From Desulfovermiculus sp. (GTDB lineage Bacteria > Desulfobacterota > Desulfovibrionia > Desulfovibrionales > Desulfothermaceae), in the NCBI GenBank assembly GCA_041686195.1, contig JAWLEI010000006.1, positions 1,728 through 65,727 of the forward strand: DNA of 64,000 bases, given 5' to 3'. Numbering within the stretch: position 1 is the first letter of the stretch; each line of letters opens with the position of its first letter. Position numbers and translations under genes: made by a program. Shown one piece after another: positions 19,835 to 28,500 of this stretch. Below the pieces are notes generated by a model that saw only the letters and a program-made list of their open reading frames with translations, searched no databases and had not been told where the DNA came from.

Positions 19835-19915
19835 GCCTTGCCTCCGGCAAGTCTGAACTATTTTTTGGGCCAAAGCGCCCCAAAAAAAATTGCCGGATTG
19901 ATCATGAATGAAACT
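19835..19915 (+). repeat. intergenic repeat, module H (TTGCCTCCGGCAA, T-run/GC-stem/A-run hairpin, TTGCCGGATTGATCA), copy 1
   Basis: gccttgcctccggcaagtctgaactaTTTTTTGGGCcaaagcGCCCcAAAAAAAAttgccggattgatcatgaATGAAAC. Related copies are at 25102-25200 (inverted), 60984-61057 and 57021-67, with fragments at 57766-800, 62341-76 and 63819-45. Confidence 0.85.
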
Positions 19916-20125
19916 AGATTTTACCCCTAAGATGACTCTGGCTTTCCCGGGTAGGGCTGGTTCTCTCCGAGAGCCAGCCTCTTTGATCAAGACACTCCCG
20001 GCCCTCGGAGAGGCCCGGGCTACTGGGCCCAGCCCTCTTCATACCCTGTTTCTTTCTCGATCAAACTGGCGGTCACAGCCAGAGGCGGCGCTGACACCTG
20101 AAGCCTCCAGAGCTCGTTTCATATG
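19908..20125 (+). repeat. intergenic repeat, module L (about 215 bp, multi-hairpin), full copy bounded by ATGAAAC and GTTTCAT
   Basis: It starts with ATGAAACtagattttacccc and ends with ctcGTTTCATatg. It aligns by eye with 25194-25368 (+), 54568-54779 (-), 33285-33345 (-), 44948-45048 (-) and 63971-64000 (+, cut by the window end). Confidence 0.85.
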
Positions 20126-20146
20126 AGCTATGCCGGAGGCAAATCA

Positions 20147-21145
20147 CTATATCATCTGGGCCGCTTTCTGGGCCAGGCGCAAAAGCTGGTGGGTAAATCC
20201 GGCCTCGTTGTCATACCAGACAATGAGCTTTACCAGGCTCCCATCGGTGACCGTGGTGGTCAAGGCGTCCACCACCCCCCCGTAAATGGAGCCCACATAG
20301 TCAACTGAGACCAGCGGTTCTTCGCTGTATCCCAGGATGTTTTTAAGTTCTCCCTGCGAGGCGGCCTTCATGGCCGCATTGACCTCCCGGGCAGTTACGC
20401 TTTGTCCCAGATCTGCACTCAAGTCCACTAAAGAGACATTGGGAGTAGGGACCCGGATGGCCATGCCGTCGAGCTTGCCTTTGAGTTCCGGAATGACGTC
20501 GGCCACGGCTTGGGCCGCTCCGGTAGAGGTCGGGATCATGGACATGGCAGCCGCCCGGGCCCGCCGCAGGTCCTTGTGCGAACCGTCCAATATGCGCTGG
20601 GTCATGGTGTAGGAGTGGACCGTGGTCATGCTGCCGCGCAAGAGTCCAAAATGGTCGTGCAGAACTTTTACAGCCGGGGCCAGACAGTTGGTGGTGCAGG
20701 AGGCATTGGAAATAATGGTATGTTCCGGCTGCAGGGCCTGGTCGTTCACGCCCATGACAATGGATATGTCGCAGTCTTTGCTCGGAGCGCTGATCAAGAC
20801 TTTTTTCGCTCCGGCCTTGAGATGCGGCTCACATGTCTTGCGGTCCTTGAATTTGCCCGTAGTCTCCAGGACAAGCTCGATCCCCATATCGCCCCAGGTC
20901 CACTCGCCGGCTGGATTTCTGGTTACAGCGATCTGCTTTCCGTTGATTTCCAGGCCTTGATCAGTGGCCTGAACTGAACCCTGAAAAGGGCCATGCACAG
21001 AATCGTATTTCAGTAAATGGGCCAGGGATTGGTTGTCTGCCCGGGCATTGACGGCCACCAGCTCCAGTTCGCTGTTTTCAGCCAAAATACGGGTTGCATA
21101 ACGGCCTATACGCCCAAAACCGTTGATTCCTATGCGTATACCCAT
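20147..21145 (-). CDS. gap: type I glyceraldehyde-3-phosphate dehydrogenase
   Basis: INGFGRIGR and SNASCTTNCLAP motifs. AAGGAG precedes the ATG at 21145. The tracked start at 21154 is GTG. Confidence 0.95.
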   Translation of the reverse strand: MGIRIGINGFGRIGRYATRILAENSELELVAVNARADNQSLAHLLKYDSVHGPFQGSVQATDQGLEINGKQIAVTRNPAGEWTWGDMGIELVLETTGKFKDRKTCEPHLKAGAKKVLISAPSKDCDISIVMGVNDQALQPEHTIISNASCTTNCLAPAVKVLHDHFGLLRGSMTTVHSYTMTQRILDGSHKDLRRARAAAMSMIPTSTGAAQAVADVIPELKGKLDGMAIRVPTPNVSLVDLSADLGQSVTAREVNAAMKAASQGELKNILGYSEEPLVSVDYVGSIYGGVVDALTTTVTDGSLVKLIVWYDNEAGFTHQLLRLAQKAAQMI

Positions 21146-21215
21146 GAGCAGCACTCCTTTTCTGAGGATTTTTGGTAACCAAATTTATACGTCACTCGCA
21201 CCACATTCCAGGCAA

Positions 21216-23423
21216 TTATTCTGTGTCATCGCCCCCAAACAAGCTCTTGAGCGCATCTTTGGCCTTCTGGCCTGTATCTGAGGTCTGATTGCCATCTTTG
21301 GACTCGGACAGACCGAGCTTTTTTTGCAGTTTTTGGATGCCTTTGTCTACCTCCTCGGATATCTTTTCCTGACCCATGATCTTGACCAGGGTCTCCTTGT
21401 TCAGCCCCAGACGAGGATCTGTTAAGGAACCCTGGACATCGATGGGGATTTCTTTTCCCTCCAGGTCGGAAAGCTCTGGATACTGTCCGGAAAGGTCGCG
21501 GTCAAAATTTACCTGGAGCAGATAATCCAGACTGCGCTGGATTAAGTCAATCTGGCCTGATCCCTGTACACTAAAAAGCGAAGAGACCAACTCAAGATTG
21601 CTTTTGCGCACCATGCCCTGGGCAATGTCAGCATCAAAATCCAGAGAAGAGAACTGAGTGTTCTCAGTCTCGGATTCTTGTGGTGCCTTGCCTTGCAGGG
21701 TCAGATAGACGGTGCGGATGCGATGCAGAAGATCTGCTCCCTGGAAGGAGCCGTCCTGGAGGTCCAGGTTCAGATTGCCGTTAAGTGCCTTAAGCAGTGA
21801 CCGGGCATCAAGGCCCTGGCTGGAAAAGGAGCTCTGAACAGAACCCGATCCGGAAAGAAGACTTTTGCCGGTCATATCCTGGAGAAGAGACTCCATCTGG
21901 ATCGTATCCAGACGTGTTTTGGTGTTCAATTTCGGAGTTTGTCCACTGACATCCAGTGACGTGGTGGAGTCAAGAGTTCCGCCGTAAAGCTGACCCTGAA
22001 GAGGGGAGATATCTATCTGGCCGTCTTTGGCCTGGACGGTCAAAGTGATCTCTTCCATGCGCATGCCTTTGACCTTCATCTTTTGGACGCGGATCTGACC
22101 GTCCATGTTCAGCTGGCGCAGAGGAGCCAGGGGCAGGGCGGCTGCTGATGGTTCCTTGTCTTGTGGTGATTCGTCCTTTTTCTTGTCCTCTTCCTGGGGG
22201 CCGGTTTCTTCCTGGCCGGCATCTTTGCCCGGCGGGAGATACCGGTCCACGTCTATCTGATCCACGCGAAGGTCAAAGCTGGAATCCGGAACTGATCCGC
22301 GAAGATCTGCGGCTGCCTGGCCTTGAATGCTGGTGTCATCCAGGACCATGTCCAGGGATGTGAGCTGAAGCGATGAAGGCGTGGCTGTAAATTGGGTTTG
22401 GGCCTGCACAGCACTTAAGGCCTCTGGATCACTTGTTTGTATCTGAGGCAGATCGAGCCGGGTGATGAGTTCTTGAGGATTGAACTCCTCCAAATTGATC
22501 TCTCCGGTGATCCGTGGATCGCTGAGCACAGATTCTCCTTCAGCCTGAGCAGTGACCCGGAGATCAAAAGCAGTCAGGGACAGCTCTGGCACCTCGAGAT
22601 ATCCTGAGTCCAAATTCAGGCTCAGAGAAGTCTGAAGCCGGGTCTTGGCTTCCCCGCCCGGGATATCCGGCCCGGAGGCCAGGGTCTGGACATCAAGATC
22701 ATTAATGTGAACAACTTTTTTCTGCACATCAACCTCGGCCTGACCCGTGGTGCTCATCTCTGCCTGCACCTCCGGCTGAGCGTTGTCGATGGCGCAGCTC
22801 AAGCGGAAAGGAATGGGGCTGTCCATGTTGACCGGCCCGACTTCCAAGTCCAAATCCCTGATTTGGACCTCGGTCCCGGCAATCTTATCCGACCAGTTCA
22901 AGCTGGTGTCTTGAATCTCTATCTTTTTAATGCTCAAAGCGGCCAGCCCCATGGAAGGATCTTTAGATTCTTTACCTACTTTTGAGTCAGCCTGGGCTTC
23001 ACCTGGGGCCTGGCTGGTCTCGGGCATCAAGTCCTCCCAGTTGGTCTGGCCTTTTGCATTTTGGGCCAGGTTAAGCTCTGCCTGTTCCAGAAGCAGGGTT
23101 CCCACCTGGACTTCGCGGTTGACCAGGGGCAGGAGTTTGACTTTCAGGCCTGCTTTGTGCACTGAGAGCATATGTTCAGGGGCAAACCCCTGGGCGTTGG
23201 ATAGAGACACGTCCTGAACTTCCAGGCCAATCCAGGGGAAAAAGGAGAGCTCCATGGGCCCGCGTATCCGGACTGAACGGCCTAACTGGTCGCTGGCCGC
23301 CTGTTCGATGCGCTCCCGGTAGTCATTGGGATCGACAAAGATGATCACCCCGGCGATAAGCAGGACCAGGATGAGAATGATTCCGCCGAGAGCGTAGAGT
23401 ATGTACTTGAGTGCTTTAGGCAT
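21216..23423 (-). CDS. AsmA-family outer-membrane assembly protein
   Basis: An N-terminal TM anchor followed by a long beta-rich AsmA-like region (VDPNDYRERIEQAASDQLGR...). Confidence 0.8.
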   Translation of the reverse strand: MPKALKYILYALGGIILILVLLIAGVIIFVDPNDYRERIEQAASDQLGRSVRIRGPMELSFFPWIGLEVQDVSLSNAQGFAPEHMLSVHKAGLKVKLLPLVNREVQVGTLLLEQAELNLAQNAKGQTNWEDLMPETSQAPGEAQADSKVGKESKDPSMGLAALSIKKIEIQDTSLNWSDKIAGTEVQIRDLDLEVGPVNMDSPIPFRLSCAIDNAQPEVQAEMSTTGQAEVDVQKKVVHINDLDVQTLASGPDIPGGEAKTRLQTSLSLNLDSGYLEVPELSLTAFDLRVTAQAEGESVLSDPRITGEINLEEFNPQELITRLDLPQIQTSDPEALSAVQAQTQFTATPSSLQLTSLDMVLDDTSIQGQAAADLRGSVPDSSFDLRVDQIDVDRYLPPGKDAGQEETGPQEEDKKKDESPQDKEPSAAALPLAPLRQLNMDGQIRVQKMKVKGMRMEEITLTVQAKDGQIDISPLQGQLYGGTLDSTTSLDVSGQTPKLNTKTRLDTIQMESLLQDMTGKSLLSGSGSVQSSFSSQGLDARSLLKALNGNLNLDLQDGSFQGADLLHRIRTVYLTLQGKAPQESETENTQFSSLDFDADIAQGMVRKSNLELVSSLFSVQGSGQIDLIQRSLDYLLQVNFDRDLSGQYPELSDLEGKEIPIDVQGSLTDPRLGLNKETLVKIMGQEKISEEVDKGIQKLQKKLGLSESKDGNQTSDTGQKAKDALKSLFGGDDTE

Positions 23424-23467
23424 GGACAGAGTCCTCCAGATTTGAGGTTTTCAAAATATAATTTAGC

Positions 23468-24244
23468 ATGAAGAGGAAAATTCAATCAAGTATGAGCGAG
23501 CAAAGAAAATCGCGGGCTGATCAGCTATTAATGCACCAGGGTTTGAGCTCGAGCCGGGAACAGGGCAAACGGCTGATCATGGCCGGGCAGGTGTATATGG
23601 TGGATGAAGCTGGTAGTGTCCACCAGATCAGCAAGTCGGGCACTCTTCTGCCCTGGCATGTCCGCCTGCAGGTCAGGGAACAGGAAAGATTCGTCAGCAG
23701 GGGCGGAGAGAAGCTGCTCACGGCACTGGAGCACTTTCAACTCCAGGTTCAGGGTGTGGTGGCTCTGGATGTCGGGGCTTCTACCGGAGGCTTTACAGAT
23801 TGTCTGCTCCAAGCCGGGGCCTTAAGAGTGTATGCTGTGGATGTCGGATATGGCCAGCTGCATTGGCGTCTGCGCAATGATAACCGGGTGGTGGTTCTGG
23901 AACGGATCAATGTCCGCCATGCAAACCCGGACCTGATTCCTGAGCCCGTGGACCTGGTGGTTATGGACTGCTCGTTTATCTCTTTGACCAAGGTTCTGCC
24001 CCCCTGCCTGCACTGGATGAGGCCCGAGGGGTATGTCTGTGCCCTGATTAAGCCCCAGTTCGAACTTCCCAGGGGCTCAACAGTTAAGGGAGTGGTCCGC
24101 TCCCCGGAGATGGAAGAGGAAGCCGTCTCCCGGGTCATCGGCTTTGCCCGGGAGATCGGGCTGAGATGTTACGGATATGTACCATCCAGGGTGCGCGGAC
24201 CCAAAGGAAACCAGGAGTATCTGGCCCTGTTTGCTCTGGAATAG
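23468..24244 (+). CDS. tlyA: TlyA-family rRNA 2'-O-methyltransferase (S4 plus FtsJ domains)
   Basis: S4-like RADQLL...GLSSSREQGKRLI and the SAM motif LDVGASTGGFTDCLLQ. An alternative ATG lies at 23492. Confidence 0.9.
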   Translation: MKRKIQSSMSEQRKSRADQLLMHQGLSSSREQGKRLIMAGQVYMVDEAGSVHQISKSGTLLPWHVRLQVREQERFVSRGGEKLLTALEHFQLQVQGVVALDVGASTGGFTDCLLQAGALRVYAVDVGYGQLHWRLRNDNRVVVLERINVRHANPDLIPEPVDLVVMDCSFISLTKVLPPCLHWMRPEGYVCALIKPQFELPRGSTVKGVVRSPEMEEEAVSRVIGFAREIGLRCYGYVPSRVRGPKGNQEYLALFALE

Positions 24245-24248
24245 GTGT

Positions 24249-25058
24249 TTAGCTTATGATCACTCCGGCATACCCCACCACATGAGATCTGTCGCCGATA
24301 ACATCTCCTGAGGTGGCGTAACGCACAAGTTCAGCCTTTTGTGCACCCAGGGCCAGGGCTGTGTGCAGCCCGATGTACATGGGCAGGATGCCGCACATAC
24401 TGATCCTGTGCCTGGCCACTACCTCCAGGAGCTTTTCCGGGTCCAGGGCTAAAATGGCCTGCAAGGCCAGATCATCCTGGCTCTTGGCCTCGTCTTCAGG
24501 CAAAAAATGGCTCATATCCGAGCTGACCACCAGGCTGACCCGACTCTCCCAGGTCTTGAGCACCTGAGCCAGATTGCCGGCTATTCGTTTGAGTTTCTCC
24601 CGATCCGGGAGAGAGATGCATACAGGGACAATTCTGGCCTGCGGGTCCATGGCCCATAAAAAGGGCAACAGGACCTCCAGGGAGTGTTCAGCCCGGTGTG
24701 CGTCATAGTCCGCAGTGAGGTCCGGATCGGATTGAACCACAGCTTGAGCCAGCTCGGCATCCACCTCCATATGTGCACCAGGCAGCTCCCATTTGCCGTC
24801 AGGCCACACAGCAGCAGACTGACCTTGACCGGTGTGATTGGGACCTAACAGGAGGAGAGTGGGGGCCAGATCCACCCGGGCCAGGGTCACCCCGGCTACG
24901 TGGCCGGAAAAGATATGCCCGGCATGGGGAAGCATGACCAGCCTGGCCTGGACTTTGTCCCCCCCGGTCTCTGGCTGTAAGTAATCTCTGACCTTTCCTT
25001 CCCATTCACTTTTTGAACCGGGGTAAAACTGCCCGGCCACGACAGGTTTCCTATCCAT
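24249..25058 (-). CDS. AmmeMemoRadiSam system protein B (Memo-like)
   Basis: PVVAGQFYPG N-terminal motif and Memo-like His/Asp/Cys pattern. GGAGGG precedes the ATG at 25058. Confidence 0.85.
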   Translation of the reverse strand: MDRKPVVAGQFYPGSKSEWEGKVRDYLQPETGGDKVQARLVMLPHAGHIFSGHVAGVTLARVDLAPTLLLLGPNHTGQGQSAAVWPDGKWELPGAHMEVDAELAQAVVQSDPDLTADYDAHRAEHSLEVLLPFLWAMDPQARIVPVCISLPDREKLKRIAGNLAQVLKTWESRVSLVVSSDMSHFLPEDEAKSQDDLALQAILALDPEKLLEVVARHRISMCGILPMYIGLHTALALGAQKAELVRYATSGDVIGDRSHVVGYAGVIIS

Positions 25059-25101
25059 ACGCATTCCCTCCATTTTGAATAAAGCGTAATACTTCCAGTA
25101 T

Positions 25102-25200
25102 GTTTCATATATGATCAATCCGGCAATTCTCTATTTTTGGGGCCGCGTTGGGGCAAAAAAAAATATCTCGGATTTGCCGGAGTCCAAGCTCGTATGAAAC
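25102..25200 (-). repeat. module H, inverted copy, bounded by GTTTCAT (25102-08) and ATGAAAC (25194-200)
   Basis: GTTTCATatatgatcaatccggcaattctctaTTTTTGGGGCcgcgttGGGGCAAAAAAAAAtatctcggatttgccggagtccaagctcgtATGAAAC is the reverse complement of the arrangement at 19835-19915. Confidence 0.85.
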
Positions 25201-25368
25201 AAGATTTTACACCCCAGATGGGCCTGCCCTTGAGGGCAAGGGCGGCCTACTGGTGGCCCGGCTTTTGGGTAGGGCGGGCTTGACCCCAAGCCCAGCCCTT
25301 TTCATACTCAGTTTCTTTCTTGATCAAGCTGGGCGTCTGCCGCCAGTGGCGGGGCTGAAACCTGACAC
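25194..25368 (+). repeat. module L, copy 2 (3'-truncated)
   Basis: ATGAAACaagattttacaccccagatgggcctgcccttgagggcaagggcggcctactggtggcccgg...cccttttcatactcagtttctttcttgatcaagctgg... Confidence 0.85.
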
Positions 25369-25579
25369 ATGTGGGGCTTATGTCATCTTGGTTCTTGAAG
25401 AGCAATGTCTTGAAAGTCAGCAATATTTCATGTTCTCTTATGTTTGCTCAAAGCAAGACTCGGGTCAAGTTGTGCTTGGACATTACAAGAAAATCATTGT
25501 AGCCTGATTTCGGAAAAACCAAACATTCTGGCCTGATTGAAATAGCGAGATACGCGAAAAAAAAGGTGAGACCGAAACG

Positions 25580-28500
25580 ATGCATGCACACATCCATTTT
25601 GGTTTGGACGTGGGATCAGGAACAGCCAAGGGCGTAGCCCTGGATGGTGATACGCAAGTCTGTTTTTCAGCCTATCGGCCGACCCAAGGACGGCCTATGC
25701 AAACCGCCCTGGATATCCTGCAGGGCCTGGAAGAAACATATGCCCCGGAGCAAATAGCCAGCCTGACTTGCACCGGAACCGGGGGAAAACGCATTGCCGC
25801 TTTGCTGGAAGTGGGCTTTGTAAATGAAATCATTTGCCATGCCAAGGGAGTGGAACAGTTTTTCCCCCAGGCCAGAACCATAATCGATATAGGCGGGGAA
25901 GATGCAAAATTGATCATTGTCCGCCCAGGGGACAAGGGCCGTTTGTCCATACACGACTTTGCCTTAAATACAGTATGCGCTGCAGGCACCGGCGCCTTTC
26001 TGGAGCAGCAGGCAGCCAGGCTGGGCTACGACATTGAGACGTTTTCCCGGCTGGCTGAACAGGCAGCCAATGTACCGACCATCGCCGGAAGATGTACGGT
26101 TTTTGCGAAATCGGACATGATCCACCTGCAGCAAAACGGGGTGTTAGATGATGAAATCATTGCCGGCCTGTGCTTTGCCATTGTCCGCAACTTAAAAACC
26201 AATATTGCCAAGGGCAAAGAGATTGTCCCTCCCCTGGTCTTTCAGGGCGGTGTGGCTGCCAACCTGGGGGTGCGGCGGGCCATTCTGGAGCTTTTGGTTG
26301 ACAGTCCGGATAACTTGATTATTCCGGAGCATTTTAGAGTCATGGGCGCAGTGGGTGCGGCCCTGCAGGGTCAGGAAGAGAAACAAGCCCGTGGTTACCC
26401 TGGACTAGCGGCCCTGCAGAAGGCTTTGAGCCAAAAACAGCCAACCACGCACCGCCTTCCGCCCTTGAGTGGGGTGAAAGGGCCACAGGAGGCTGAACAG
26501 GCCCTGTCTGGTCCTGTCCGGCCTGCAGCCCGGACAGGGCAGCGGGAAGTCATACTGGGTATTGATGTGGGGTCTGTGACCACCAAGATGGTTCTGCTCG
26601 ATGCGCAGGCCACCCGAGATGGAGTGCTTCAGGTGCTGGCTAAGACCTATCTTTCCACTTCCGGCCGGCCGTTGCAGGCCATTGCCACCGGCCTGCAGAA
26701 GCTGCAAGACCAGGGCCCGGAACAGATGAAGGTCCAGGCCGTAGGCAGCACAGGCTCCGGCCGGGCACTATGTTCTGCCTATGTCGGCGGGGATGTGGTC
26801 CGCAACGAGATCAGTGCCCAGGCCGCAGCCGCCACCTGGCTGGCCCCGGATGTGGATACCATATTCGAGATCGGAGGCCAGGATTCAAAGTATATCCGCC
26901 TGGACAATGGGGTGATTACCGATTTTGCCATGAACAAGGTCTGTGCCGCTGGGACGGGCTCGTTTCTGGAAGAACAGTCCCACCGCTTAGGCATATCAGT
27001 GCAGGAGTTCGGAGATCTGGCCCTGTCCGCTCCGGCCCCGGTAAAAATGGGCGAACGGTGCACTGTATTTATGCAGTCCGACCTGGTGCATTATCAGCAG
27101 CAGGCAGTGGAAAAGGCCGATCTTGCGGCTGGATTATGTCATGCCATAGTGGCCAACTACTTAAACAAGGTCGTGGAACAGCGGTCCATAGGCCACAAGA
27201 TCTTTTTCCAGGGCGGGACGGCATTAAATCATGGCATCACAGCCGCCTTCACCCAGGTCCTGGGGCGGGAGGTTATTGTCCCGGAACATAATGAGGTCAC
27301 CGGAGCCATTGGAGTAGCTCTTCTGGCCCAGCGCCAGCACCAGGGATCCAGTACATTTCTGGGTTTTGATCTCTCCTGGCGCGAGGCCCAGACGAAATAT
27401 TTTACCTGCTCAGGCTGTGCCAATGCCTGCGAGGTGCAGAAAATCATCTTCCAGGGCCAGTCAAAACCCCTGTATTTCGGCCATCGGTGTGAGCGTTACG
27501 ACCAGGTCGCGGTCGCAGGCCGGGATGAGATCCTGGATGGCGTTCAGAAAAGACATGAGCTAATAAGCGCGTATGCCCGCAGCAGCCAGACGCAAGATTC
27601 GCAGGCCAAGCGGATCGGCCTGCCCAGGTGCCTCTTTTTTCAGGAATGGCTTCCCTTTTTCAGTACCTTGTTTTCCGAGCTTGGCCTGGAGGTGGTCTGC
27701 AGTGAGTCCACCACCCGCAAACAGATCAGCATTGGTTCAGAGCGCATGGCCACAGAGGCCTGTCTGCCCATGAAGGCGGCCCATGGGCATGTCCAGGACC
27801 TCATTGCCAAGGGGGTGAGTACGATCTTTTTGCCTCAGATCCGTGAACTGCCCGCCTGGCCTGGCTCGAATCAGACCGGGAATATCTGTCCCTATGTCCA
27901 GTCTCTGCCCTGGGTCATCCGCTCAGCCTTTGCCCTGGATACAAAGGGGATTACGCTTCTCTCTCCTGTTTTGCGTTTGGGCAATGGCGTGACTGAAGAC
28001 CTGCGCCAATGGAAGGACCTGGCCCGAACTCTGAACCTGCCTTGGCGGAGGATGCGCACGGCCCTGGACCGGGCTGAGCAGGCTCAGAGAGAGTTTGCCG
28101 CCAGGCTGCGTGAATACGGACAACAGGTTCTGCAGCGGGTAGAGGGCGGAGAAAGAGCGGTGCTGCTCATTGGCCGGCCATACAACGCCCTGGACCCGGG
28201 CATGAACATGAATGTGCCGACCAAGCTGCGCAAGCTGGGGATGCCTGTCATTCCCCTGGACTGCCTTCCCCTGGATGAAGCCGGTCAGGACGGTTCTCTG
28301 GATCAGATGTATTGGGCCTTTGGCAAGAGAATTTTGGCCGCAGGGAGTCTTTTGGCCGCGTATCCGGGGTTGATTCCTGTATTTATTACCAATTTCTCCT
28401 GCGGGCCGGATGCATTTATTCTGCACTTTTTTGAGCGCCAGATGGGAAGTCGGCCTTTTCTGGAGCTCGAGATCGATGAGCACACTGCAGACGCTGGAGT

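Noticed and set aside
19861-19889. T-run / GC stem / A-run hairpins (also 25133-25164, 57038-57067, 61013-61038), considered as intrinsic terminators
   Set aside because: On both strands the U-run would precede, not follow, the stem. One copy sits inside the ilvB-ilvN operon. I treat them as repeat-element cores instead.
19668-20146. The possibility that the dispersed repeats are a CRISPR array or rRNA/tmRNA fragments
   Set aside because: The repeats are not regularly spaced and have no short unique spacers. They occur one locus at a time in both orientations, and no cas genes are present. They show no resemblance to conserved rRNA, tmRNA or RNase P cores that I can recognise.
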